Shown here one piece after another: positions 1-12,713 of a DNA stretch of 64,000 nucleotides. The stretch's first letter is position 1. Each line of letters starts with the position of its first letter. This DNA is from Eledone cirrhosa (taxonomy: Eukaryota). The position numbers were made by a program, and so were the translations under genes. The stretch lies in the NCBI GenBank assembly GCA_964016885.1, contig OZ024760.1, forward strand, positions 19,344,001 to 19,408,000. The letters run 5' to 3'. The notes beneath the pieces are model-generated. The model did no database searches and was not told where the DNA came from. It saw nothing but the letters and a program-made list of their open reading frames with translations.

Positions 1-59
1 TCAATACTTAACCACTCCTAAGTAGGAATATAGGTCATTTCATTCAACTATGGGTATGT

Positions 60-1000
60 TTGGATCTGAATACAGCAGATTTCTGCCAGTGAAAGCTAGA
101 GGAAGCGAGAGAATACAAGTGCGAAAGATATAGAGAGGAAGAATCGACACCAGTATTAGACTGGTACTTTTTTTATAGACCCCGAATGTATGAAAGGCAA
201 GGGTCTGAATACAGCAGATTTCTGCCAGTGAAAGCTAGAGGAAGCGAGAGAATACAAGTGCGAAAGATATAGAGAGGAAGAATCGACACCAGTATTAGAC
301 TGGTACTTTTTTTATAGACCCCGAATGTATGAAAGGCAAGGGTCTGAATGCAGCAGATTTCTTCAAGAGAAAGCTAAAATAAATAGTGAGAGAATGGAGG
401 TGAGAAAGTGATGAAGAAGAAGAATCAACCCAGTATTAGACTGGTACTTTTTTATCAACCTCGAATGGCTGAAAGGCAAATGTTTGAATACAGCAGATTT
501 CTTGGAGAAAAAGATAAAATAAATCGTGAGAGAATGGAGGTGAAAAAGAGATTTAGAGGAAGAATCGACACCAGTACTAGACTGGTACGTTTTTGCTGGA
601 CCTCGAATGGATAAAAGACAAAAGTCTGAATACAGCAGATTTCTTCCAGGGAAAGATAAAGTGAGAGGATACAAGTGAGAAAGAGATAAAGAAGAAGAAT
701 CGACCCCAGTACTTGACTGGTCTTTTTTTTTTTATCTATCTCTAGTGGATGAAAAGCAAAGGCCTAAATACTGGAGATTTCTTCAAGAGAAAAATAGTAA
801 GTGAATGGAAGTGAGAAAGAGATATAGGGGGAAGAATTGGCCCTAGTAATTAACTGGTATTTTTCTTATCGATCTCGAATGGGTGAAGGGTAAAGTTAAC
901 CTAGGTGGGATTTGAACTCAAAGGGAGCCGAAACGAGTACCGCAAAGCACCGTAACTGACCTTCAAACGGCGCTCTACCGATCCTGCCAATCTACCGCCC
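60..1000 (-). repeat. SINE-derived tandem array: one SINE head (~880-1000) followed on the minus strand by ~6 diverged ~140-bp core+tail units
   Basis: Recurring GAATCGACACCAGTATTAGACTGGTAC...GAAAGGCAA...TCTGAATACAGCAGATTTC about every 140-150 bp. The first two units are near-identical. B-box reverse complement (GGATTTGAACTC) lies at ~908-919. Confidence 0.8.
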
Positions 1001-1304
1001 TCGTACGGAGACAATAATGACGTTTATTCTCTTGATTAACATCTGATAGTAATTTAGCAGTTCGTTATGCAACTACAAGCCATTTCTCTTTCATCCTTTT
1101 ATATCTTACCCCCGACAGACCCTGCAGATATTGTTCCCTGCCCCCCTGTCCCCTCTCCAGTAAACTGTTAGCCCCCCTTCTCCTGTCTTCCTCCTCAACC
1201 CCCCCCCCCCCCTCACACTTCGTTATTTCTGTGAATGGCTTAACAATAGTCACCATAGACTAGCATTTTATTCAAGATGTTGCATTAGTTTCAGACATCC
1301 CCTC

Positions 1305-1812
1305 CGCTACCACCACTCTACCACCATACCACCACCTCTACTATACCACCATAACACGACCTCCACTATACCACCATACCACCACCTCTACTACCACCAC
1401 CTCCACTGTTACCACCACCATAACACGACCCCACTATACCACCATCACACCACCTCCACTATACTACCACCTCCACTACCACCACACCACCACCACAATA
1501 CCACCACACCACCACCACAATACCACCACCTCCACTAGCACCACACCACCACCACACTTCAACCTCCACCACCAGCACCACCATACTACAACCTTCACCA
1601 CCACCATACTGCCACCTCCACTTCCACCACACCACCACAATACCACACCACCACCACTACTATCACCTTCCACCACCACCATACAACCACCTTACCACCA
1701 CCACCATACCACCATTTCCACTACCATCACCCCTCATCCGCCCACCTCACCCTCTTCTCCACCCCCGCTACCCACCTCACCCTCTTCTCCCCCCCCCCGC
1801 TACCCCCCCCCC
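1305..1812. repeat. Degenerate (CCA)n/C-rich low-complexity tract
   Basis: Seen directly. Confidence 0.9.
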
Positions 1813-1991
1813 ATCTCGACACTTTCTTCTGATGTCTTCCCTCGCTAATGAATAGTGTTCAGTCGTCACCATCATCATAATCGCCGCCTACTTTTTCATC
1901 ACCACCATCACCATCATCATTATTCAACTTAAGCAATTTTCCCCTCCAGGAAGTCTTATAGAAACACATGTTATAAAACAAACAATTCAAA

Positions 1992-2029
<38 letters not shown>

Positions 2030-2460
2030 TAAATAATTTAGTCTGAGTAGGAGGAGAGTCGGAGTCAAGTGTAGAAGGCTAACCCTTTCAAGGCCATCCT
2101 GACTGATGAAAGTAGGAAGAGAAGAAATTACTTTTAGATAAAAGACATGGCCTGATTGCTCACAACACAGTGAGACTCTCTAAAGAACTCAAGAGCCAGG
2201 TGGTGGTGTTGTTAACCAAGCAATGGTGTAAGCTTTATTACTTCAATCGATCACAGATTTTCTCCGATACTGTTGAATAGAGTTCGGATTATTGGACGGA
2301 ATTCGTTGTCAATCGCGTAAATCTTTAACTTACTCGGGGACGGTATTCGCCATATACAGTGTCCAATTCCCGGTAGCGGCAGCTGTCAACGTTTTTTCCT
2401 TCCTTAAGGGTAGTTTATTAGATTTTCTAAAAGTATGTGTGCGAAGAGTACATCTTATAA

Positions 2461-2511
2461 GCCTTTCTGGTGATTTCTCCCGATTGAAACAGTTCTAGTC
2501 CTTTAGAAGCC
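2461..2511 (+). ncRNA. Decayed hammerhead, family C (core CUGGUGA)
   Basis: Homologous to 17784-17834, with core and helix mismatches. Confidence 0.5.
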
Positions 2512-2733
2512 TTTCTATATTAAATATATATATATATTTGCTGTGTATTTGCTGGCATTGGCGTACATCTGTACGCATATGTTAGTAGATATACTAAATT
2601 CTCTCTCTCTCTCTCTCTATGTGTGTGTGTAATAGAAATACACACGCACACATACATCCATATACATATATATATAATAGAAGTACGCGCAAACATATAC
2701 ACACACACATATACACACACACACACATATATG

Positions 2734-2775
<42 letters not shown>

Positions 2776-2786
2776 GATATACATGC

Positions 2787-2854
<68 letters not shown>

Positions 2855-3469
2855 GTATATATAATGTATTTAAATAGCTTTGAGCGAATTTTGAATTCTG
2901 AATATATGCTAACTTAAAATAAACTGCGGTTCAATGTAGATTTTCAGTCTTTCGAAGCTAACATACTTTCAAAATTCAATAGATCTGAATGTTCATCTAT
3001 ACAAAGAGCTTCCAGAAAAAGATTGTGTTGACATGAATGCACAATTCATATATTTTGACAGGTTTATTCATTCAGTGAAAGCCAATATTGAAAGAAAATT
3101 ATAAATATTCACTCATCTTAAACGACATTTTTCTGAAATATTAATGAGGGCAGCATTCATATTGCTATAATGATTCTTTTTGAGGTTTTATATATATATG
3201 TGTATATATATTTATATATATATGACAAGCGAGTTGTTTGAAATTTACTAGAAATAGCTTTCGCCTTATTTTTGATTAAAGAAATTTTAGTCTGATAGTG
3301 GGGTTTAAAATCCTCTAAAAATAAGATAAACTTGCTTGTTATTATACTTGCTATAATTATGTAGCTTCTAATTTGAATGTAAAGGGGTGGGTGCTGTGTT
3401 GGTGTAATGGTAGCACAGTGGTCTGGATAATGAAACATGTCTGTGTGTGTATATATATATATACAGACA

Positions 3470-3532
<63 letters not shown>

Positions 3533-3970
3533 CTTTCGCCCCCTCTGTAAGTTACACTTTCTCTCGACTGACCGCTTCCTCGCACTTCCACTCACTCACT
3601 CTCTGTTTCTCCCCTTCTCACTTCCTCCCGTTTGGCTTACAGTGGGTCTCTTCTTGCTTACATCTCACTCACGCCGGACGTCTGTACCTTTCGCTCATGA
3701 AATCCACCCAGCTTATGCTGACCAGGACAACCATGTTGCTTGTTTATTTCCCTTTCGTTTGCTTTCATCCTTCTATGTTGTTCACTTGTTCCCCTCGCTT
3801 TACGCGTTTTACTTGTCCCAATAACTTTTTTTAGTTATTGCTCGCACCAACCTGAGGTATCTAATTTTTAATGCGATGAAATACCAATGATGGTTGGAAA
3901 ATCACTGACGAAGGACTATTTTTATCATATGTAACCTATGTGCAACCACGCAGTATTCTTCTTTCTTCTC

Positions 3971-4017
<47 letters not shown>

Positions 4018-4020
<3 letters not shown>

Positions 4021-4310
4021 GGAGGCGAGTTTTATTGTAGTACAATAAAGCAATGCAGATATCGGATAAGAAGCACTCTACAGTTTGTAGGACTGGAGTA
4101 TACATAATATATAAGAACAAAAGATGGTTAAAATATAATATGTTGATTTAAAACTGTACTATCCACAAGTGTTTTTTAACCTTCATATCATGTCTTCCTA
4201 TTTTATCTGATGAAAACACAAATATTATTGCATGATGATATTTGTTTTTGAAATGCGCATAATAAAATACATGGAACTCTTTTAACCATCTTTTGTTCTT
4301 ATATATTATA
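4018..4310. mobile_element. (TA)n-flanked PLE-type terminus, family A, with an inverted 3' segment
   Basis: 4108-4133 is the reverse complement of ~4280-4305. 4018-4133 matches 60890-61008 in reverse. Contains a hammerhead. Confidence 0.7.
4200..4268 (+). ncRNA. Minimal type-I hammerhead ribozyme, family A
   Basis: ATTTTAT CTGATGA [36-nt hairpin] GAAA TGCGCA TA ATAAAAT. Helix I has 7 bp and loop III is palindromic. Confidence 0.85.
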
Positions 4311-4600
4311 TATATATATATATAAACTCAGCTACGGATATATTTAAAGCATTTAATAGCTTCAGTACAGCTATAAGAATAGTTTCAATAAATCTACTCT
4401 GTCATCTCTTATAGCTATATATGCTCTGAGTTGTTATATGTCGTCCTTATATACATCTCTTCTTTAAATAACATCTCTTTTGTATTTCTTTTTATATCTA
4501 TAATGACATAAACACATTCAGCTTGAAACTATTATTACTTCTCGTATTAAATCTCCTCGGATTGACTCCATGTGTGTATAAATATATATATATATATATG

Positions 4601-4820
4601 TTTATTAAAATAACAGATTAAAGTTTAAGCAAAGAATCGCTGCTTTCACCCTTAACGGGATCTTCTGAAGATCTGTTAGGGTGAAAGCAGCGATTCTTTG
4701 CTTAAACTTTAATCTGTTATTTTAATAAATATTTGCTCTACGGTTCTTATATATTTGATATATATTTATCCTTATCGAGCCCTCTTTGGTTTTAGTCTTC
4801 AAATTTATTATTATTACTAT
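4601..4820. mobile_element. (TA)n-flanked fold-back element, family L (other copies ~17360-17700, 35335-35442, 44632-44688, 55915-56150, 61270-61510)
   Basis: Arms of ~60 bp, 4601-4663 and ~4668-4729 (TTATTAAAATAACAGATTAAAGTTTAAGCAAAGAATCGCTGCTTTCACCC and its reverse complement). Confidence 0.75.
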
Positions 4821-4834
4821 ATATATATATATAT

Positions 4835-5305
4835 GTAGATAAATCTACCAAAATGTACGGTAGTGTAACATCAAATTTTCGTGTACTTTTTACCCACTTG
4901 ACCTATTTTCATCCCCAAAGTAATCTGTTCATTCAAAATACTCTTTCCATTCAAAACTGAACTCTGCTTTCCTCTACCGCTAAATTAAAGTTCCATTACT
5001 ACTATTCTACCATCTTGACCACTTACTACCTTTCTATTGGTCAATTCAAAACCTGTTCCCAAACAGACCTATTATATTAAATCTTTGTTGGTTTTTTTTC
5101 AATAAACAAATATCATTATTTCTGAAGACAGCATATATATGTGTAGGTATGTATATTCCCTCTGATAGTTTGTAAAAATTTTACATAGATCTATATGATA
5201 TACATACCAACACAAACATATATATCCTAGAAACGATCGTAAAATGATGAATCTTTTAATATAAGGAACTGTTTCTTTGTTTTTATTCATTATTTTTATT
5301 AATTT
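4835..5305 (+). mobile_element. PLE-type element fragment, family E (longer minus-strand copy at 23775-24820)
   Basis: Reverse-complement match to ~23775-24295. Flanked by TA runs and contains a hammerhead. Confidence 0.75.
5113..5250 (+). ncRNA. Hammerhead ribozyme, family E, with a ~100-nt extended helix II
   Basis: TCATTATTT CTGAAGA ... GAAA CGATCG TA AAATGATGA. Helix I has 9 bp. Helix II includes ATATATATGT/ACATATATAT and GGTATGTATAT/ATATACATACC. Confidence 0.75.
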
Positions 5306-5702
5306 ATATATATATATATATATATATATTCTCCCGTGTATCTATAACTACTAGCACACTGTATCATGTACACAGATCAGTATTCTAATGATTTGGTCAG
5401 GTATCGACTGTAATTAAAATCGAGTGACGCAGCTTTTAAGGATCAGCGATTTTTAGACACACCGGACTACTGAAACAATTGTTAATTCTTTAAATAAACC
5501 CTATTGTACAGTCGACCACGTTATTCTTCACTCATTTACTATATATATATAGTGAGTGTAGTACAGTGAGTTACTGGTGTTGGTACCAAGTAAAGTACTC
5601 TATGCATAGACAGAATGTATATAATAGAAAAAAAGCGAGGAGGTTTCGTTTACATATGAAAAACATTTTTCATATGCAAACGAAACTCATGTAATCTACT
5701 TT

Positions 5703-6115
5703 ATATATACATACTACTGTACGTCTGTATACATATATGTATGTACGTGTACATACATATATTTAAGTAACAGCCGTACTAAGAGTGGGAAATGAAATTT
5801 CGTTTCATTTTTTTCCGTTTATCGTTTTCGGTGCACCCGGCCGATTAACCCACTCGATATGCAAATTGGGCTACTCAGCCGTTAATATGCATAAGGTAAG
5901 TATATACGTTCACAATCTGGCAGGAAGGTATATGTTGCTGACGATAGCTAATAAGCTTGAAACTAGTACAGCGTTCCTTTGTCAGTGTTGAACAAACGAG
6001 CAACGATGGTTGCTGGACACTACGGCTTAATACGGGATGTTTGTTTACAAACACACCAAGCATTATAATAAATGTTCGGTGAATCCATACGTACATATAT
6101 ATATATGTGTGCATG

Positions 6116-6177
<62 letters not shown>

Positions 6178-6283
6178 CTACTGTACGTCTGTATACATAT
6201 ATGTATGTACGTGTACATACTTATATTTAAGTAACAGCCGTACTAAGAGTGGGAAATGAAATTTCGTTTCATTTTTTCCGTTT
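5703..6283. repeat. Segment bounded by ~115-bp direct repeats (5703-5820 and 6168-6283)
   Basis: CATACTACTGTACGTCTG...AAGTAACAGCCGTACTAAGAGTGGGAAATGAAATTTCGTTTC occurs twice. Confidence 0.8.
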
Positions 6284-6285
6284 GC

Positions 6286-6317
<32 letters not shown>

Positions 6318-6465
6318 TGGATTGAATAAGTTTTTAAATACTTATAACATTATTGTTATATATATATATATATATATAACATATATATATATATACACGC
6401 AGGGGGACTGGCCAGGTTGCCCAATGGCAAGTGGGCCCCAGAGAATCAAAACGAGGATGTAGTTT

Positions 6466-6892
6466 AGAAGTCGACCTTAAGTAGGAGCAATAACATTAAG
6501 AAAGACATGAACAACACCACAACACTTTGTTTTGAAAATAGGTTTATAAGATTTTTGTAGCTGTCTCTGTGGCCTCTGTGGTAGGTACTAGAGACTGTGG
6601 AGATCCTGGCCTTGGGTTCAATCCCGCTTGAGGGGTACATATAATCCTATTTCAGTTTTTGTTTTACAGCCCATAGAAAAAAAAATTGAAAAGGTTTACC
6701 TGGAACCCTACTTTCGACCAGGATCGAACTTCAGACCAGGATTACCACCGTCTATGATTCGGCCACCGAGACAGCTATAAAAGTATAATGAAAATTGATA
6801 ATTATAAACCTACTTTCAAAATCAAACTTTAAAATATGTGGTGTCGTTCATGGCTTTCCTAAAGCTATTAGTCATATTTAGGGTCGATTTCT
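6466..6892. mobile_element. Fold-back element with long imperfect inverted arms, each leading into a tRNA-like segment
   Basis: AGAAGTCGACCTTAA...GAACAACACCAC...AGGTTTATAA...TAGCTGTCTCTGTGGCC is mirrored at 6761-6892. B boxes are GGTTCAATCCC (6615, +) and GTTCGATCC (6721-6729, -). Confidence 0.6.
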
Positions 6893-6913
6893 GGTCATTA
6901 TTGAAAGTCTCTG

Positions 6914-7625
6914 GGGCGGTGGATTGGCAGTATCAGTAGAGGGTCGGACGCCATGCTTTCTAGCATAGTTACGTCCCTTTACGATCTGAGTTCAAATCCC
7001 GCCGAGGTTAACTTTGCCTTTCATCCTTACGGGGTCGATAAAATAAAGTACCAGTAATGCACTGGTTAATTGCTGGCCTTGTGCCTAAAATAGAAACAAT
7101 TATTGAAAGTCTCCGTAAGGATGAAACGCCGAGGTTAACTTTGCCTTTCATCCTTACGGGGTCGATAAAATAAAGTACCAGTAATGCACTGCGTAATTGC
7201 TGGCCTTGTGCCTAAAATAGAAACAATTATTGAAAGTCTCCGTGGGGATGAAACGCCGAGGTTAACTTTGCCTTTCGTCCTTACGGGGTCGATAAAATAA
7301 AGTACCAGTAATGCACTGGGTAATTTGCTGGCCTTGTGCCTAAAATAGAAACAATTATTGAAAGTCTCCGTAAGGATGAAACGCCGAGGTTAACTTTGCC
7401 TTTCATCCTTACGGGGTCGATAAAATAAAGTACCAGTAATGCACTGGGTAATTTGCTGGCCTTGTGCCTAAAATAGAAACAATTATTGAAAGTCTCCGTA
7501 AGGATGAAACGCCGAGGTTAACTTTGTCTTTCATTCTTACGGGGTCGATAAAATAAAGTACCAGTAATGCACTGGGTAATTGCTGGCCTTGTGCCTAACG
7601 TAGAAACAACTAATCAAAGTCTCCG
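6914..7625 (+). mobile_element. tRNA-derived SINE (family S1) followed by four further tandem 127-128 bp core+tail units
   Basis: A-box-like TGGCAGTATCAG, B box GAGTTCAAATCC, core GCCTTTCATCCTTACGGGGTCGATAAAATAAAGTACCAG. CGCCGAGG recurs at 7000, 7127, 7254, 7382 and 7510. Confidence 0.9.
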
Positions 7626-7786
7626 GATTTCGCAACATATATATTTTTTATTGGAGAAGCTAAGATATTTTTCCGCAAAAATTTGATTGCTATGTATTTT
7701 TCGAAAATGTTATTTATTCATTATAGAAATTAAATGATAGCATTCTATATGTAGGTCGGCCTCCTTCATTTCCTGGCAACCAATAT

Positions 7787-7862
7787 TTTTAAAACTGGTT
7801 CAATTTATATATGTAAAGTAGATTACTTGAGTTAATATGTATATATATATAAATATATAATG

Positions 7863-7912
<50 letters not shown>

Positions 7913-8278
7913 TATAATGTATATATATATATATATATAAATATAATGTATATATATATATATACATACATTATAAATATATATATATACATATAAACAT
8001 ACAAAAATTATATATATATATATATATAATTTATGTATGTTTATATGTATATATATATAATGTATGTATGTATATATATATATATATATATATATACATA
8101 CATTATATTTTTTTATATATATATATATATATAATTTATGTATGTTTATATGTATATATATAATTTATGTATGTTTATATGTATATATATATTTATAATG
8201 TATGTATATATCGTTATATACATTATATATCGTTATATACATTATATTTATTTATATATATATATATATATATACATT

Positions 8279-8309
<31 letters not shown>

Positions 8310-8445
8310 GTATGTTTATATGTATATATATATTTATTATGTATGTATATATATATATACATACATTATATTTATTTATATATATATATATACATATTAA
8401 CTCAAGTAATCTACTTTACATATATGAATTGAACAAGTTTTAAAA
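7787..8445. repeat. Inverted duplication of a TA-rich repeat
   Basis: TTTTAAAACTGGTTCAATTTATATATGTAAAGTAGATTACTTGAGTTAATATG at 7787 is mirrored at ~8392-8445. Confidence 0.75.
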
Positions 8446-8461
8446 TACTTATACCATCATC

Positions 8462-8509
<48 letters not shown>

Positions 8510-8804
8510 CACATACATAAAATGGGTTGGACGAATGCATTCACCCATAGCAACACATTAATAGTTTTAACGGATAATTAATTCAAGTGATTTATGAGTA
8601 TCGGTTTTTATCTGTGACTTCATATACACTCGTATTAAATACAATTCATTGAATACAGAAGTTACAATTATACACACTTCTTCTCATAATTGTATATACC
8701 TCTTCGGGTAATTGTATATAGTTTAACATGATGGATGCCCCCTCGTTATCGAGTATCGCCATTGTACGTTATACCATTATTAATAATTATTAATTAATTC
8801 TATC

Positions 8805-9075
8805 GTGCAATGCCTGTGCGTGAAGATATTTTAAAGTGAGGAAAGACTGTGCACTGAGCCAATCCCACTCTCTAAGCAACAGTAGCTATAACCCGAAAAG
8901 AAGAAAAGATCAACATCATCGGTAACTACTGAGCCGCAGGTTTTATATCGGAGTTATCCCAGTTTCCTGAGTTGCCTTCTCCTAGAAGAATGCCCTGACA
9001 AAGGCAAGCGGTCCTTCACTCCCAGTGGTTTAACCGCGCGATCGGGTGTCCAGCCCGACTATTTCTATGTCCCCG
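8805..9075 (-). mobile_element. RTE-like 5' UTR-type repeat, copy 1 of 3
   Basis: Reverse complement matches 28395-28575 and 53745-53925 (TTCTAGGAGAAGG, CCGATGATGTTG, GAGAGTGGGATTGG, GCACAGGCATTGC). The RTE label rests on a recalled CTAGGAGAAGGAAAACTCTG-like 5' UTR motif. Confidence 0.55.
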
Positions 9076-9593
9076 CGCATATACATACACATGCACTCCT
9101 GTATATACACATATACATACATATGACATGTTTAATAGTTTAACATACAGACATATTCACATGCACAGTATACATACATACATATGCATATATATATAAT
9201 AAATACAGGCAAGCAAGCATACTTACCTATATACTTACCATACCTACCTGTATATATATATGTATATATGTGTATGTTTATATGTATGTATATATATATG
9301 TGTATATATATGTATATAATGTATATATATAAAGGGAAAGGGTGAGAAAAATAGACAGCAAGTCTTATGTCAACCCACACGCACCAACCGACATATATGT
9401 ATGTATATATATATATGTGTGTGTATATGTATACGTATATATATATATATATATACATGCAGAAGTTATATTTAATTTGTTGGGATTCCAAAAAAGCTTA
9501 AAAGTTTATAACTGATATAAAGCACTCAACAGTTTACTGGAGTAAATATTCAATATATTAATAAATAGAAACTATATTTATAAAACCATAATT

Positions 9594-9656
9594 ATTTTAA
9601 TATATATATTTCAAGGGCAACCAAGGCATTCTTGGTGCGCTTTCATCAGATAAAAT
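9594..9656 (-). ncRNA. Hammerhead ribozyme, family B (first helix I pair mismatched)
   Basis: Reverse complement: ATTTTAT CTGATGA AAGCGCACCAAGAATGCCTTGGTTGCCCTT GAAA TATATA TA TTAAAAT. Confidence 0.7.
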
Positions 9657-9973
9657 ACAATATTTGTTTTATAAATATTGACATAACCGTGGAAAAACAA
9701 CCTTGACGGTTGAATGTTCCAGAAATAACCGTCGAAACGGCTTGAGCTCTGCCGTCGGAGTCATACTTGTTCCTATATATATATATATATGAAGAGAGGT
9801 AGAAAGTGACAGAGAGGAAGGCTGATAGACAGAGAAACAGACAAACAGACAGATAATACCTATGTTAGGCTGGTATTGCTAATCATGTATTATATCAATA
9901 AACCAGTGACGGAACAACGAAATAGTCTAATATTCCATAACAACAGTTGTTGTTTAGACTAGCCTGTAATATG

Positions 9974-10032
<59 letters not shown>

Positions 10033-10034
<2 letters not shown>

Positions 10035-10221
10035 CGAAGGAAATGTGGTAAGGAACCAGGTGGACCATAACGCACCAAAGTACTCAATACTTAGGGTAGT
10101 AGAGTGGGTAATAGGAACGAGTAGGACCCCGACGGCTGAGCTCAAGCCGTTTCGACGGAATTAGCCGTCCAGAATTAGCCGTCGAAACGGCTTGAGCTCA
10201 GCCGTCGGGGTCCTACTCGTT

Positions 10222-10226
<5 letters not shown>
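10033..10226. mobile_element. (TA)n-flanked fold-back element, family I (other copies 9705-9773, 14615-14670, 31516-31838, 48885-48940, 56381-56576)
   Basis: Perfect ~48-bp arms at 10111-10158 and 10179-10226. Carries the hammerhead 3' half GAAAC GGC TTGAGCTCA GCC GTC. Confidence 0.8.
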
Positions 10227-10261
<35 letters not shown>

Positions 10262-10429
10262 TAAACAAATAATGAATAAACAATTCCTTATATTAAACAA
10301 AAAAAGTTCATTATTTAACGATCGTTTCTAGGATATATATGTGTGTTATAATTGGTATATATTCAACATATATATATTATAATGAAATGATAGGAGGCTG
10401 GACTTGTGTAAATCCTTGAAAGGTTTATT

Positions 10430-10487
10430 ATACTATGATCATTTCAATGACCGGGTTCTGTATGAATCCGGTGATATCATCAGGTAT
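10430..10487 (-). ncRNA. Hammerhead ribozyme, family D
   Basis: Reverse complement: ATAC CTGATGA TATCACCGGATTCATACAGAACCCGGTCATT GAAA TGATCA TA GTAT. Confidence 0.8.
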
Positions 10488-10988
10488 TCAAAATATAATA
10501 AGTGAATGTAATAGATAAAATCCATGGGGCTGAAAATCAAAGACCCGAGGACGACCGCCATCCAGCATCTTCCATCTTTGCCGGTCGCCCTCAAGTGACG
10601 TGGCTAAAGCTTACAGTGTGCTACTACCGGTCAAATAAAGGAAAACAGAAAGGGATAGGAACATAAGTCAGCGTTAATATCATGCCACAAGAAAAAAGAA
10701 AGAAAGAAAGAAGAGAGAAGCAGGGGGAAGGAAATAGAAAGAAAGAAAGAAAGAAGAGAGAAGAAGGATATATATATATAAGCTCGTCTTTATTGACTTA
10801 TATCGAGACAGACAAATTGTATTCACTTTAATTAGTTTATTTCATTAATAGCTAACTTTGTCTGTTGCAATGCAAACACGTTTTGTGTTTATCATATATT
10901 TTAATGTATTTAACTGCTCGGAAATGCCCCTTTTCTTGGAGCTTGATTATTGTAAACGACTGAGAGTTTATTCTCAAAATATAATATA

Positions 10989-11029
<41 letters not shown>

Positions 11030-11668
11030 TTTGATTTATTGATTTTTTATCTGAGTGTCCCGAATCTTCCAGATCGCAATTTTTCGGTCGTATGGTTGAT
11101 TTTAGACATGTTCTATGTGTGACGGTATTTTAACGATAGTTATAGCTCTGATTTATCTGAATTATTGAGCCTTCTGCCGCTCATTTCGAATTTTGTTTAT
11201 CGTGAACTCGTGCGCCGATTTTTCGATACTCGATTATTCTACTATATATATATATATATATTCAGACTGACTACTATAGACTGACAGGTGTAGTGACCGA
11301 GGTATTGAGACGGGTTTTGTGTAAGAACCACCAGCTGATATAATTATACCTTTGATTAGACATAATCTCTTTGAACTGTTTTAAGATCTCAGATAAATAT
11401 CTGGTTTCTTTGAACTTCACATATACGTGAAACTGGGAAGATGTTGTATGATTGATCTATCCTTATTAGTCTCCTCTGTTTTAATCTTGATATATATATA
11501 TTTATATATATATATATTGCAAGGTTTTTTATATGAAATCATGTGTCGAAACAAATATTGTTATACATGGGGAGGGTCATATTGTTATAATATTGCCAGA
11601 AATAATAACAGAACACACTCACTGTTTGGTTTGGGTTGGTTTTCGCTATAGTCTATCACTATATAGTC

Positions 11669-11700
<32 letters not shown>

Positions 11701-11737
11701 GATGTGAGAAAAACCACAGACCCTCCATCTCAACTCA

Positions 11738-11775
11738 CCTTTTGAAAAGCAGAAGAACTGCGAAACCGGTAAAGG
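11738..11775 (+). ncRNA. Hammerhead-shaped RNA with variant core UUGAAAA, family F
   Basis: CCTT TTGAAAA GCAG AAGAA CTGC GAAA CCGG TA AAGG. All helices pair. Confidence 0.6.
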
Positions 11776-12118
11776 AACCAAATAAATATATATATTTTTA
11801 AAAAAAATAAGACTTCAGTTGCATTTTCGATTTCATCTCTTTTTCTTTATACTTCCACTCGTGTAGGACACCTCGGTTATTTTTCATTTTGTAAAAAAAA
11901 AACCTCACTTTCTAATATATATATATATATATTTATTTCTGTATTGTTACCCGTTGGTCAATCAATGATAAACATTGATTGCCAAATAAATTAACTATGG
12001 AGATATAAAAGATACAGAAGTGACAACCAACTCAAACAAAACAGCGAGTGTGTTCTGTTATTATTTCTGGCAATATTATCACAATATGAACTTCCCCAAG
12101 TATAACAATATATATATA

Positions 12119-12164
<46 letters not shown>

Positions 12165-12183
12165 TATATCCACGTATATAGAG

Positions 12184-12230
<47 letters not shown>

Positions 12231-12323
12231 TATATCCACGTATATAGAGATAATATATATATATATATATAATATATATATATAGAGAGAGAGAGATATA
12301 TATCCACGTATATATATATAGAG

Positions 12324-12395
<72 letters not shown>

Positions 12396-12572
12396 TATAT
12401 ATCCACGTATATATATATATAGAGAGAGAGATATATATATCCACGCATATATATATAGAGAGAGATAATATATATATATATCCACGTATATATATATAGA
12501 GAGAGAGAGATAATATATATATATATCCACATATATATATATATATAGATAATATATATATATATATCCACG

Positions 12573-12619
<47 letters not shown>

Positions 12620-12713
12620 AGGGGGCTTTTTTTTTTTAAAAACGAGATGTGAAAGTATAAGGAAAAGAAATCGAAAATGCAACTGGAGTCTTTTTAATAA
12701 TATATATTTATTC

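Noticed and set aside
2102-2125. Isolated CTGATGA
   Set aside because: No flanking helices and no properly placed GAAA-UH.
5162-5168. CTGATAG as the family E catalytic core
   Set aside because: The upstream CTGAAGA (5122) gives a canonical core and a 9-bp helix I, so CTGATAG lies inside helix II.
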